Positions 52,926 through 64,000 of a stretch of DNA of 64,000 bases are shown here, in pieces. Origin of the DNA: Azolla caroliniana (Eukaryota; Plantae; Polypodiophyta). A model generated the notes under the pieces. The model was given only the letters and a program-made list of their open reading frames with translations, did no database searches and was not told the origin of the DNA. Position numbers and translations under genes: made by a program. Location of the stretch: positions 16,802,001 through 16,866,000 of the forward strand of contig JBHGNT010000012.1 in the NCBI GenBank assembly GCA_043228905.1, written 5' to 3'. Each line of letters begins with the position of its first letter. Within the stretch, counting starts at the first letter, position 1.

Positions 52926-54058
52926 CCCGAGAGGTAGGGGAACACCAGACAGGATCAAAGGCTTTGAATTGCGAGACACTAAGACACCAACATAGAATAA
53001 CGCAATTCGAGTACTCACGTATACTGGTCATAAATGGATTATAGATCCTGATCCGATCAAAGTACAACCCGATTGGCACATATGTACTCATGAAAACACA
53101 TGGCTACGTAAGGTCAGTTGGGACCCTTTGCAATGGACATGGCGTGATCCTTACGCGGGGCAAGGAAGCAAACCCATCCCTTTCTTCCAATTCATAACAA
53201 GATTGGGTCACCATATTCTAGCTGCTCAAACCGCTCGAGAGCCGATTGCTGCGAAGGTCTGGCACACATTTCAAGTTCCTCCCACAATTATCACCAAGTT
53301 TTGGTAGAAAATCTGGAAACAACAACACGCGAGGCGAATTACCACATTCCAATGGCTATTAATACATAAGTCCCTACAGGTGAGAGCATGGCAACGTGGG
53401 AACCTTAGCTCTCCTAATTGTGTAGAGTGCCCAAATGCAATAGAATCAATATGACACGCTCTGTGGGACTGCCCAACGTCACATCGAATATGGTGGGGGG
53501 TTGGCTGCTTGTTGCAATTATGCCAGGTGTAAGGCTCCATTAAGTGGGGAAATATATGTTGGCTATCATGGCAAACCCCAGTTGGCATATACGAGCATCC
53601 GGAGGAGGGGATGACTTTGGTGATAAAAGCACAAGAGTTTTTTTTATCCACCAGCGGCAATGTCCACTCAACTCATCTTAATGTCAAATGTCATGCTGTG
53701 TTGGAATTGGTCAGCCCAATAACTCTTTGGATTCGATGGAAACAACGGTATAGACGGGTCTTCTCCATCTAAACTGCGCATCCAACAAGGTTACTGCAAG
53801 AGACGTGGAGTGAAATTGTAGCCACTTTAAAGAGCCAATATAATGGCCTCAAGGGTGGCTCCGATGGAGTTGAAAGACAACGAATAGCCTTCATCCAACA
53901 ATGGTCGTCCTCTCCCTTTTCTTGAGTCAATGTGCATCCACATAAGATGGAACTATCGCGTCCCTACAGGGATTTGTACATAATCGTCTCATTTGTAAAA
54001 TTTTATAACTAATGGAAGGAGTTTTTGTTTTTGGAAAGAAAAAAGAAAAAAGAAGAAG
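52926..54058 (+). mobile_element. 5'-truncated L1-type LINE (zf-RVT 3' end)
   Basis: TSD AAGAAGGAAAGACTAT at 52910-52925 and 54059-54074; A-rich tail; WLLIHKSL..CVECPNAIES..HALWDCP. Confidence 0.88.
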
Positions 54059-55139
54059 AAGAAGGAAAGACTATATTATGAACTAGTGTGTTGAGATTAA
54101 AGTAGTTATTTGAGGTTGTTAATCTTAGAGTTTAAGAAGATGGCATTATTTTCCTAATAGTATATTGAAGTATTCTTTTTTCTTCCTCTTCTTTTCTATC
54201 TTTTTTCTATATCTCTCCATTAGTAGTAATCCGGGTTGTAATAGGAAAAAATCTTCAAAATATTTTAAGATTAAATCAAATTATCATTGTTCATGCAAAG
54301 GTAATTGATTCTAATCAACATTGAAATGATAAACTTCAATCAATTACGCAACAAGAAAATGGAGATCAAGGATATTCAATTTTAAGATATACAAGAAATA
54401 AGAGATTTAGAGGGAGCTTGTGTGCATATAATAAAGTGCATGAAATAATTAAAATGATAACATTGAGTCTTGGATAGATCATACAACATTTAAGTGGAAT
54501 GCATGAATACTTGATTAACGATGTACAGGAAATAAGAGATTTAGAAGGAAACTTTTTGCACATCGAATAAAGTCATTGAAGAGTTAATATATTCAATGGA
54601 TAAAGAGGAGTTGTGTTTTATTTTGACATGGGAGAATGAAGATGAGGAGGGACATGATAAAACAAAAATCGGGAGAAAAAACATGACCAAGTGGATCGGT
54701 GGAGGTGAACAAGTCATTGAAACCTAGGTTGAAAAGACTTCAACGTCTAGTTCACAACTTCATGAAGTTAGGCCCAATCTTACTTTGTCATCATCTCCTC
54801 CTCACTCGTTTGTTTGCGATTCTTGTGTGTATGACTATTCATGCACAATATCTATGTTTGAGTCTGGCATATTGATTTCACGCATCTGCGCTTCGTTCGA
54901 AGCTCCGTACGTAACATGCAACCGAAAATGCCATCCGACAAAATAGCAAGGAACCACGTTGCAATTACAATGGTTGTGAGCTAGCTAAGCTATACAAACA
55001 TTTATCAAATGAGGTGACTATAAAAATGTCTTCCATTGCTCAAAACTCTACCTTTTTTTTACATGGACGCAGAACTATTGTTGATGCCAGGGGGATTTGA
55101 TTCGAGATGTAATGTGGCTAAAGTAAAAAGGGTGTGGAG

Positions 55140-55982
55140 GTACATGCCTATACCAATCCAATAGCATAAGCTTGTACATGCCTACCAATCTAATAGCATC
55201 ATCTTGTACATGCCTACCAATCTAATACCATCATCTTGTACATGCCTCTACCAATCCAATAACATCGTCTTGTACATGCCTACCAATACTATACTGAGAT
55301 GCTAAGCAATGAAACAAACAGAAACAAGAATCTTCTCCTCGAAGCTAACCAAATGGACATAGGGGACATTGATGATGATGATTCGACACATACAATTCAC
55401 ACAGTAGCCACCACTCGAAAACGTCACACACAAGCTTCTGGAGGGAGAGGAGTGCATATTTATCGGCAGTAGCTACGCACCTTATAAACTTTATCGTGAC
55501 ACACGAGCTTCTAAGAGAAATCCGGAAGGAGAGGGGGACATCTTTATCGGCAGTAGAGTAGGCACCGACCCGATAAACTTCTTTATCGTGGCACACTAGC
55601 TTCTAAGAGAAGTGCGGAAGCTTCCGGAAGGAGAGGAGGGTATCTTAACCGGCGGATAGCCACCCGCTCGATAAACTTAACTTGTATCGTGACAGACACA
55701 CGAGCTTCTAAGAGAAATCCGGAAGCTTCCGGAAGCTAAGCTTCCGGAAGGAGAGGAGGGCATCTTTATCAAGGGGACCGGGCCGCGATGATTTGAATCA
55801 TCGCCGATTGCTAATCACACCACTAATTGCCGCTGATTACTGCGGACTGCCGCTAATCGCTTGCTAATCAACCCACTAATTGCTGCTGATTACTGTGGAC
55901 TGCCGCTAATCGCTTGCTAATCACACCACTAATTGCTGCTGATTACTGAGAACTGCCGCTAATTGCTTGCTAATCACACCAC
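55140..55982. repeat. Three stacked minisatellite blocks upstream of the small gene
   Basis: ~28-bp CTTGTACATGCCTACCAATC.. x5 (55140-55288); ~90-120-bp repeats with CTTCCGGAAG palindromes (55440-55770); 53-bp TTGCTAATCACACCACTAATTGC.. x3+ (55808-55982). Confidence 0.85.
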
Positions 55983-56063
55983 AAATCACTGAGTACCTTC
56001 CATTTGATCCAAATCCATTCATTCATTCAGTCATTTCTCCTCCTCCTCCTTCCCTAATCAGCC

Positions 56064-56300
56064 ATGGCCGCCTTCCCTCTGTGCATTCCTGTCTGCATCG
56101 AATGTGGGAACACAGACAACCCCTGCCGCTGCAAGATCGTCGGCCCCACGCTCGGATTCGTCGCTTTCTTCGTCTCCGCCATCGTTGAGTGGCCCCTGGG
56201 AGCCCTCGTCTGGTGCTTCAATCACAAGAAAGGCTCAGAAATCATGGCTCAACCTGTCACTGTCGTCCGACCCTCCGTTTCTTCTTGTATCCCCTTCTGA
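56064..56300 (+). CDS. Small Cys-rich membrane protein (78 aa), resembles a conserved uncharacterised plant family
   Basis: Intronless ORF, good start context GCCATGG, higher GC than flanks. CIECG..NPCRCKIVGPTLGF..IVEWPLGALV matches a plant small-protein pattern recalled from memory, not searched. Confidence 0.8.
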   Translation: MAAFPLCIPVCIECGNTDNPCRCKIVGPTLGFVAFFVSAIVEWPLGALVWCFNHKKGSEIMAQPVTVVRPSVSSCIPF

Positions 56301-56439
56301 GCTTACATCGTATCTACTGGCCCTTGTAATTGCGCCTTGCAAAAGAAAAAGTATAGGTATGTCTTGCTCTTTCTTTTTATGGATCCTGCTATCGATCTGG
56401 ATCCTTTAGGTATATGTACTTATTGATTTGATTCTCTGA

Positions 56440-57330
56440 GTTCTTCTTTTCTTGTAACATGCAACATTCTCTTGCCGTGGATCTGTTTTGCATGTTTTGT
56501 TTTGCTTCAGATCCTCATCGCGTGGATCTATCCTGCATGTTTTGTATTGCTTCAGATCCTCTATCTGTGGGGCTCTTACGCATGTTTTGTTTTGTTTCAG
56601 ATATCGTTTTAATTTGGTATATTTCCACATCTAGATCTATGTCTTTTACTTCAGTTTCATTTCTTCTGGTGTGAATGTATTATACTGTTTGTGTATTTGC
56701 TGCAGATTCAGATCTCACGATGTGGCTCTACTAAAATGTATATGTTTTTTGCTTCAGATCTCATTATGTGATTGTATGTGGAATGTAAGTTATGTGTTTT
56801 TTGCTTCTGATTTCAATCTCATCATGTGAGTGCGTGTGGAATGCAATTTATGTGTTTTGTGCTTCCGATCTCATTTTGTGAATGTATGTGGAATGTAATG
56901 TATGTGTTTTTTGCTTCTGATTTCAATCTCATTATGTGAGTATATGTATTATACTGTTTGTGCATTTTGCTGCAGATTCAGATCTCACGATGTGGCTCTA
57001 CTAAAATGCATATGTTTCTTTCTTCAGATTTCATTATGTGATTGTATGTGGAATGTAAGTTATGTGTTTTTTGCTTCTGATTTCAATCTCATTATGTGAG
57101 TGCATGTGGAATGCAATTTATGTGTTTTGTGCTTCTGATTTCAATCTCATTATGTGAGTATATGTGGAATGTAGTTTTTTGCTTCTGATTTCGATCTCAT
57201 TACATGAATGTGTGTAGAATGTAATTGATGTGTTTTGTGCTTCCAATCTCATTATGTGAGTATATGTGGAATGTAATGTATGTGTTTTTTGCTTCAGATC
57301 TCATTTCGCGGATATGCTAGAATGTATGTT
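56440..57330. repeat. Degenerate ~45-bp minisatellite with a ~270-bp higher-order duplication
   Basis: GCTTCTGATTTCAATCTCATTATGTG..GGAATG units; block at 56676 is repeated at 56946. Confidence 0.85.
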
Positions 57331-59752
57331 TTCTTCTTCTAGTTCTTGATTACTGCTCATGTTTGTGCCTCATATCTCATCATGTCCATCTGTGATTTCG
57401 CAGAAAATCTCATGATTTGGATCTATAAGATTAAGAATCTCTTTTTGCCGCTTATGTATGCATCGTTTGTTTCATTTTGTGCAGTGAGAACATAAAAGGG
57501 CGTGCTTGCAGAGACCCTAAATCCATATTCATTCACATGTTCTGGTGATTGTAAATGAAGGTGTTTCCATTTCTCCTTGAAAAGGTTCTGCAATGACTCC
57601 TCTACTAGAATTCTAGGGTATGCAGAGTATTGATCTCATCTCAGGATGAACTTAATAGCTATGGATATTTAGTTTAAAGAGCCTCCATGTATATATTGCT
57701 AGACCTAATTGATATTTGGATATGTGTTACACTGTTATATATATACAATGATGTTTGCTTGCTAAATTGTTTTGAGTGAATGGAGAGAGATTCAACGGAT
57801 TATCCGTGTGAAGCTCTTATTGGGTGTTAAGAGTCACGTGGCCCAATTTGATCGAAGCCTATGGTCAGAGTTCAGTATTATGTGGTGGCCGAAACGAAGT
57901 ATGAAATCTCGATGATACCAACTTCGATTCAGTAATGGTAGTGTAATCGTTTGGTTGATTTGATGTCCACCTTCTGTAAAGATGGGGCGTTACATCATCA
58001 AGTCATTATTTTGCTTTCTCTTGTGAATCGAGGATTATATCCAATTCCTTTTGATGTTTTTGCTGAGAAATGGCACATCAGAAACATTTTAGTTCAGTTA
58101 ACTAGACCAGTAGCTTCAGCTCAACAAATCAGAAGATAAGGTGCTAATAACAAGATATGTAGTCTTTTAGGCTGTCTCTTTTGGCAGGCATATCAAAAAT
58201 CAAGTCTCATTGTATGTGTTACCTACACCTTGGAGAATGCTTGTGGATCAAGACAGTACCATGTCATTACTAATAAGCTCTAAATATTTTGTGTGGTGTT
58301 TTAGGCTGATTTGGTACTGAAAAAGTTATTTCTTATCTTCTAGAAATTTTTATCGAATCAAAGGTTCATAATCTCTTCTACTCATCGGTTGTAGGATGAT
58401 TACGAATCAATTCCTAATTTTTTTACATGCTTGTAATGTGGATGTGGATGAGGTTATTGGCACCTCCTTGAATTTCTTTGCCATATTTCATTCACTTTGG
58501 CCAGACATATATTCTTCTGTCATGATTGCAAGATGTGTCTTACTAAATCTACAACATTTCTAAAGATAGTGAGAGATCATCAAATGATTTTTCATCGAAT
58601 AGTTACCAACTTAGTCTAGCTAATAGCAATCATGAAAAGCTTAAATAATGGAAGGTAAAAGCTTCTTTTCAGGTTGAGCACTTGTATGTATGACAATGGA
58701 GAACCCCCATGATGATGAGCTCAACAAAATTTGAAGTAATATAAATGATATTGGCAAGTAATGAATGCAAATTACTTGGATGGATAATCATTTGGTTTTT
58801 GAGGTGGTTGAAATAGATTGTTTTGTTCGTGTACTTTCTTCTCTTGAAAGAGGCTCATTAATGTAAAGAATAATGGCTGTAGCACCATAGCCATTACAAC
58901 AAGCGTTAGTGGTCCCACCATGTTTTGTGTTATTCCATCAAATGTTTGGGGCTATAAGACTTTAATTGAAAATCAGTAACTTAGGACAAATCATTTTTTG
59001 GCATGGAGCATTTCTGCTTCATTGTGCGGTGTATTATAATTTATAAAGTGGAAAAGTTGAAATCTTATTATATACAGTTTCTCAATGATGAATAGTTGTG
59101 TGAACCAATGGTACCTAACTAGTTTTTTGCCTCTTAAGGCGCTTCCAATCAATATTGACATTATTGAGGCATTGGTGTGTATTTTGATGAGGTCTCTTTG
59201 TTAGTATGACTATTAGTGACACATTGCCTCGGACCTATTCATAATTAATTGGAAATTGTTGACTGGGAGTGTTGTTGCAATGTTCTTTTCGATTATCTAA
59301 AGTGCGTGCCAATGGTTTGCCATAGTATTTTTCATAGACTATCATCACTCTTCCACGGCCACAATGTTTTGCATCTTACAAACAGTAACTCATAGGCTAC
59401 TAATTGTAGGATTTGATGGTTGCTCACCTGTCCAAAGGCCTTTGAAAATGTTATGTGGCATGTAAATTTGTTTTGGAAAGCATCCTAAAACTCAAATAGA
59501 AAAGTTTTACCCTGTCAGCATTGACAAGGGGAAAATATTACCCCTCATTCATACACAAGTAACTTTGTAAAATGCTCGTCCAAACAAAATATAACGCTAC
59601 AACTTTTTTAGCTAACGTTATACACATAATTTATAATGGGTCATCACTAATCAAACATGAGTCATGACTATATTCTAAAATTTCAGTTCCTCGCTAGGAG
59701 GAGATATCATGATTTAGTAATAAACATTGTATCAAATGATATGCACTGTGTG

Positions 59753-60326
59753 TCATGATTAGATTTGGGCTCAGTTCCATTTCGGTTTGGTTTGGTTTCA
59801 TAGAAATAAAAAACCAAACCAAATAGTTTATGAACTCTCAAGTCACTTAAACCAAATCATTTAAAAAACGTAAATCAAACAATTTTAAACCAAACCGTTT
59901 AGGGAAAAGTTAAAAACAAATCAAACCATTTAAGTAAAGGTAATAATAAAAAATACATTTATTTCGTAAGCATTTAAGTCAAATTAAATAAATACAAATA
60001 TATTAAAATTAAAAACTATTAAAACAAGTAAGCATTCACGTTAAATTAATTAAATCAACAAAAAACATTGACTAAACCATTAAATCAATAAACTATAAAG
60101 GAAACAAATTTAACCAAAAACCAATAAACCCTTACACCGAACCATTTAGACCTATAAACCGATAAGCTTGAATTTTAGAACCAAACCAAACAAAAACCAA
60201 ACCGGTTAATAATAATTGAACCTAATCAAGCTGTTTAACTATATTAGAATCGATAAAATGTTAAACCATGACTTAATGATTCAGTTTGGTTTGAGTCAAA
60301 ATCGAGCCCATAGCTAGCTAATCATG
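59753..60326. mobile_element. Putative non-autonomous DNA transposon (hAT-like/MITE)
   Basis: Inverted ends TCATGATTAG..TGGGCTC / GAGCCCA..CTAATCATGA; dense AAACC/GGTTT subterminal motifs; partial copy at 14340-14570. Confidence 0.5.
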
Positions 60327-60673
60327 ATTTTATTATTTCATAATTGTTTAGAGATGATTCATGAATAAAGCAACAATAGAATGGCTCCTTAGTAATTATT
60401 GAGAAACTACTTTCATACTACTAGCATCATATTTTTCACCCATAGCAAACCAAGCATCATATATTCAAGCTAAAACGTAATATAATTTATTAATGGTCCC
60501 ATGAAACCGATTTCTAAGATAAATAATATCAAAAATTGGTTTTCAAATCATCAATTGTGTTATCCGGTGGGACAAGTGTGACAAGGTGTGAAACGAATCA
60601 TGGAGGGCCAAGCACTAGCAACCAAACAAAGGGAGCTGAGCATTTAGGAAGAACGGTTGGAAAACGCCGAGCA

Positions 60674-62014
60674 TGATAAGAACAAGATGCTGGCCACAAC
60701 CGATTATCACTCACAAGTGGAAATGAAAGAATACAAAACGAATACAAAAAAACAAGAGGACATAGGAAGTTTACATGGAAAACCTTGAAAGAGAAAAACC
60801 ACGGGAGCCCATTGACTCCGAACTGTTACACTATATATGAGAGGATACAAAGAAACTCGTAGGCAATAACCTCGAGCTCGTTGTCGTTTAACAGACAGTT
60901 ACAACAAAGTTATTTCAAACTCTCTCACTCTCTCACTCTAGTTATAGAGGCAACTACACACTATCACCTCTTTACAACAATGATCATCGTCACACCTTAA
61001 CTACTTGCCCTGGTTATATTTAAATATTCATATACTATATGTGCTATTTACAAATATAGCCTTGAGTTGGCTTCGACCGATTCGGCTATTTGTTGAATCG
61101 ATTATTGCTCCAATTCGGCCTCGACCGAATTCGGAATCAATCAATTTTTTGGCCTCGATCGAGTTACTGTCAATCGGTTCAACTTACTTTTCTCTCCAAC
61201 TCGCGCTCCCCTTCTCACCCGGAGGGACCTATTTCTCAACAAACGTCCAATTCACTTTGGCATGGGGTGCTTCGTCAATCCGATCCGTTTTTGGCACGCG
61301 TCCCGCTTCTCTGTTGACAACACCTTTATCAACATGTTTGATCTGTTTTTCGCAGTGTGGATCTTCACTAGAGCAAACTCCTTTTTCTTCTACCCTTTCT
61401 CGGAGCCAATGGTATCTCCTCTAGATGTGATTGGTCCTCAAGTGGTAGCCGACATTCTTTGCAAGGTGGATGGCACTTTGGTTGTCGCAGTAGAGTTGGA
61501 ATTCTTCTTGCCGAATTCCCAGCTCCCCAATAAACTCCTTAATCCAAATTATTTCCTTGCCAGCTTTTGATGCAACCATATACTCCGCTTCTGTGGTTGA
61601 CAACGCCATGGCGTTCTGCAACCTCGATTGCCATGAGACAACTCCCCCTGCATATGTGATAACATACCCAGACGTGGATAAATTGGTATCTACATCAACA
61701 GACATGTCAGAGTCAATGAAACCTTCTAGTATGGGGTTACCTGAGCCGAATCGGATTATCCACTTCACCTCAACCCAATGCTCTCTTCCGGGATTGCTCA
61801 TATACCGGTTGACTACTTTGACAACATAGGCAATGTCCGGCCAAGTGCAAACCATTGCATACATTAGGCTTCCGACCGCTGAGGCATATGGGATCTTGTT
61901 CATCTCAGCTTTCTTCGCTTTCATCTTCGGACATTGGTTTCCACTTAGCTTATAGTTTGTCGGTAGTGTTGAGCCGACCAACTTCACGTCTTGCATGTTG
62001 AATCTCTGGAGCAC
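60674..62014 (-). mobile_element. Copia 3' end: RNase H, PPT and 3' LTR (~60674-61201)
   Basis: YAMVCTWPDIAY, ALSTTEAEY, YCDNQSAIHLAKN; PPT GAGAAGGGGAG; LTR shares motifs with 48872-49544. Confidence 0.85.
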
Positions 62015-62339
62015 ATCGACTAACCAATCGGCGCATTCATGTCCAACTCGTCTAAGTCAATCAATTGTAGCCACTTCAGACAGAACCCGTTGTCGTGGAG
62101 GATTCCGATCACTAGGAGAAAGACCCGTGGGATGTGTGTGAACCAGGGTGTGCATGTATGCACATGAACTTGGTCTTATGTACAAACAATTGGAAATAGT
62201 GAAGTACTGATAGGTACAAGACAAGATGAGATTTATTAGTACCTATGGCCCCTCTAAAAGAGGAAAAGAATAATAGGATGTGATGGATAAACGCTCGAGA
62301 GAGCTTCGTAGGCCTTGACTAGGCCATCGAAACGTTAGT

Positions 62340-63015
62340 CGGCACAACGGGTCGATTCAATGGGAGAGATGTTACAAACTACCTGGAGGCCCATAAGGAA
62401 GAAATGTTAATGGGGGATATTCCGGAAGACATGCGGTTGATTGGATTTGCTCGAGTTGTCACGTTAAGCATCCATGTCGAGGTGCTCGAGATATAGGTCA
62501 ATTGCCATAATTGGTTAGAGTTCGAGGAAGGGTTGCTTGAGAGATACGGGCTGGATGACTCACTCCGGCTGTTGAAGGAGGAGTTCATTGAGAGGGTCGA
62601 GCTCTCTGGAAAGGGAAGGAACATGACGGTGCTCCTTCAAGAGTTTGAGAAGTGCTTCATGCGATTGTCAACACTGGATAGAACCGTGCTTGATACGAGA
62701 AAGGTCCTGTTGTTCATAAAGGCGGTTGATGCGCTATATAAGGAAAAGGTAGGTCTCCTCTTGGAGAAAGATGAAGGGCTCACGACCGATTGGGCCGTGG
62801 TGAAGAGAATGTGTAGCTATTTCGACAAACGAAGGGAATGGAATGACGAAGGGTCATCATCTGAACTGTTTGCTAGGGGTAGAGCCATGGAGATGCCAAA
62901 TCGGTTGGAAGAAGCGAGAAGGCAGGCCGACAGAGGTCCGGTAGCACTAACCAACGTTACTGATGGGCCGTCTGGAGGAGCGGCATTGGAGGGGTTCACA
63001 AAGATGGTGAGGGGT
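62340..63015 (+). pseudogene. Degenerate gypsy-type gag fragment
   Basis: RFNGRDVTNYLEAHKEEML..W.EFEEGLLERYGLDDS..; in-frame stop. Confidence 0.55.
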
Positions 63016-64000
63016 AAAAGCATGGTAGTGGAAATACTATTTTAGGTAATTAGCTACTAAAATGGCCACAACTAATTAGCTATTTGTTTAGCTAGTTTTT
63101 TGTGGGCAAATCATAAGGATGGTTTACGAAATTTTATGTTTTATTAGTTAAATACATGCCATTTAATTTATGAGAATACTCAAACATTTGAACTTATGGT
63201 TTCTGATGTAGTGGAACTTGGGGAATAGTGCCATCATCTAAGGTTGTTTTGAATGTCATCAAACTCCTGATAATCTTGAGTTCGAGTTCGAACTCTAAAC
63301 AGATGGAGTACTTTGAGCACGAACACAGACAAAGCTCCCACACCAGCACAAAAACTCTGAGATCGACATTGCATCTTTAGAGCTACAACACAACCAATTC
63401 AATCCTCGTCCAGGTATTAAAAAAACTTTTTTTTCCCTTTCTGATAACTGTTTGTAACTTTGGTGCCTATTCATCTTTCCCAAAAATCAAATAGGGCGAA
63501 GTCGTTGGAGTCCCGAACAAGGATGTCTCGAAGATCGGGGTGTAGCAGTAGGTGTGTTTTTGTTGACAGAATTTCGTATTACGGTCGATTAGGGTTTGTG
63601 TTTTCCTTAAGTGGTTTAGGGTTTCTGATTACAAGTTTCTGGTTACAAATTTCTAATTAAAAATTTCTGATTACAAATTTTTGATTGTTGTCGCAATGTG
63701 TTGTAATTTTGCACCAATTCTCATGACAAATTCTGATTAGGGTTTCTGATTTTTTAAGTGGTTGATTTCTGATACATGTTGAAAAGGGCAAATTACAAAT
63801 TTCAGATTACTGTCTCAAAGTGTTGTAATTTTGCACCAAATTCACATTAAAATTTTTGTTTTTGCACCAATTCTTATTACTGATTTTCTATTTCAGGTGG
63901 CTCGTTCCTCCCTATCCTAGAGTGCTGAACTTCGCAAAATTTTGCGAGACAAAGGAGGACTTTCACAACATATATGGTATGTCGCTCGAGGGTATTGACC

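Noticed and set aside
57400-59700. Possible exons or old TE coding sequence
   Set aside because: No recognisable motif or consistent splice pattern.
63585-63750. TTAGGGTTT motifs as interstitial telomere
   Set aside because: Single scattered units within a TTTCTGATTACAAA-type low-complexity repeat; no tandem array or junction context.

Overview
Eukaryotic, TE-rich land-plant nuclear DNA. A non-seed plant such as a fern is inferred from the TE spectrum and the long (CATA)n/(TATG)n tracts; this is not proven. There are three host genes: a 3-exon HIPP metallochaperone (+, 20467-22116), a convergent 10-exon MEI2-like RRM gene (-, ~23742-27963) and a small intronless Cys-rich membrane protein (+, 56064-56300). 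The rest is nested retroelements: a near-intact Ty3/gypsy chromovirus, a self-priming Tf1/Tcn1-type element, several Ty1/copia elements (one full-length with an inverted integrase core), an animal-like gypsy with a 4-bp TSD and -1 frameshift signal, L1-type and RTE-X-like LINE fragments, solo LTRs, and a 248-bp tandem array made from integrase. Most notable: (1) four different LTRs share one layout, an antisense tRNA-like A-box/B-box cassette in U3, then palindromic repeats, then TATA, and three of them have TGTCG...CGACA ends with ACGT/RCGY-type 4-bp flanks; (2) two TTTAGGG telomere repeats sit exactly at the 5' junction of a LINE insertion; (3) an 11-nt self-priming match; (4) a metazoan-like gypsy element. 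All calls were made by eye without database searches, so clade names are provisional.
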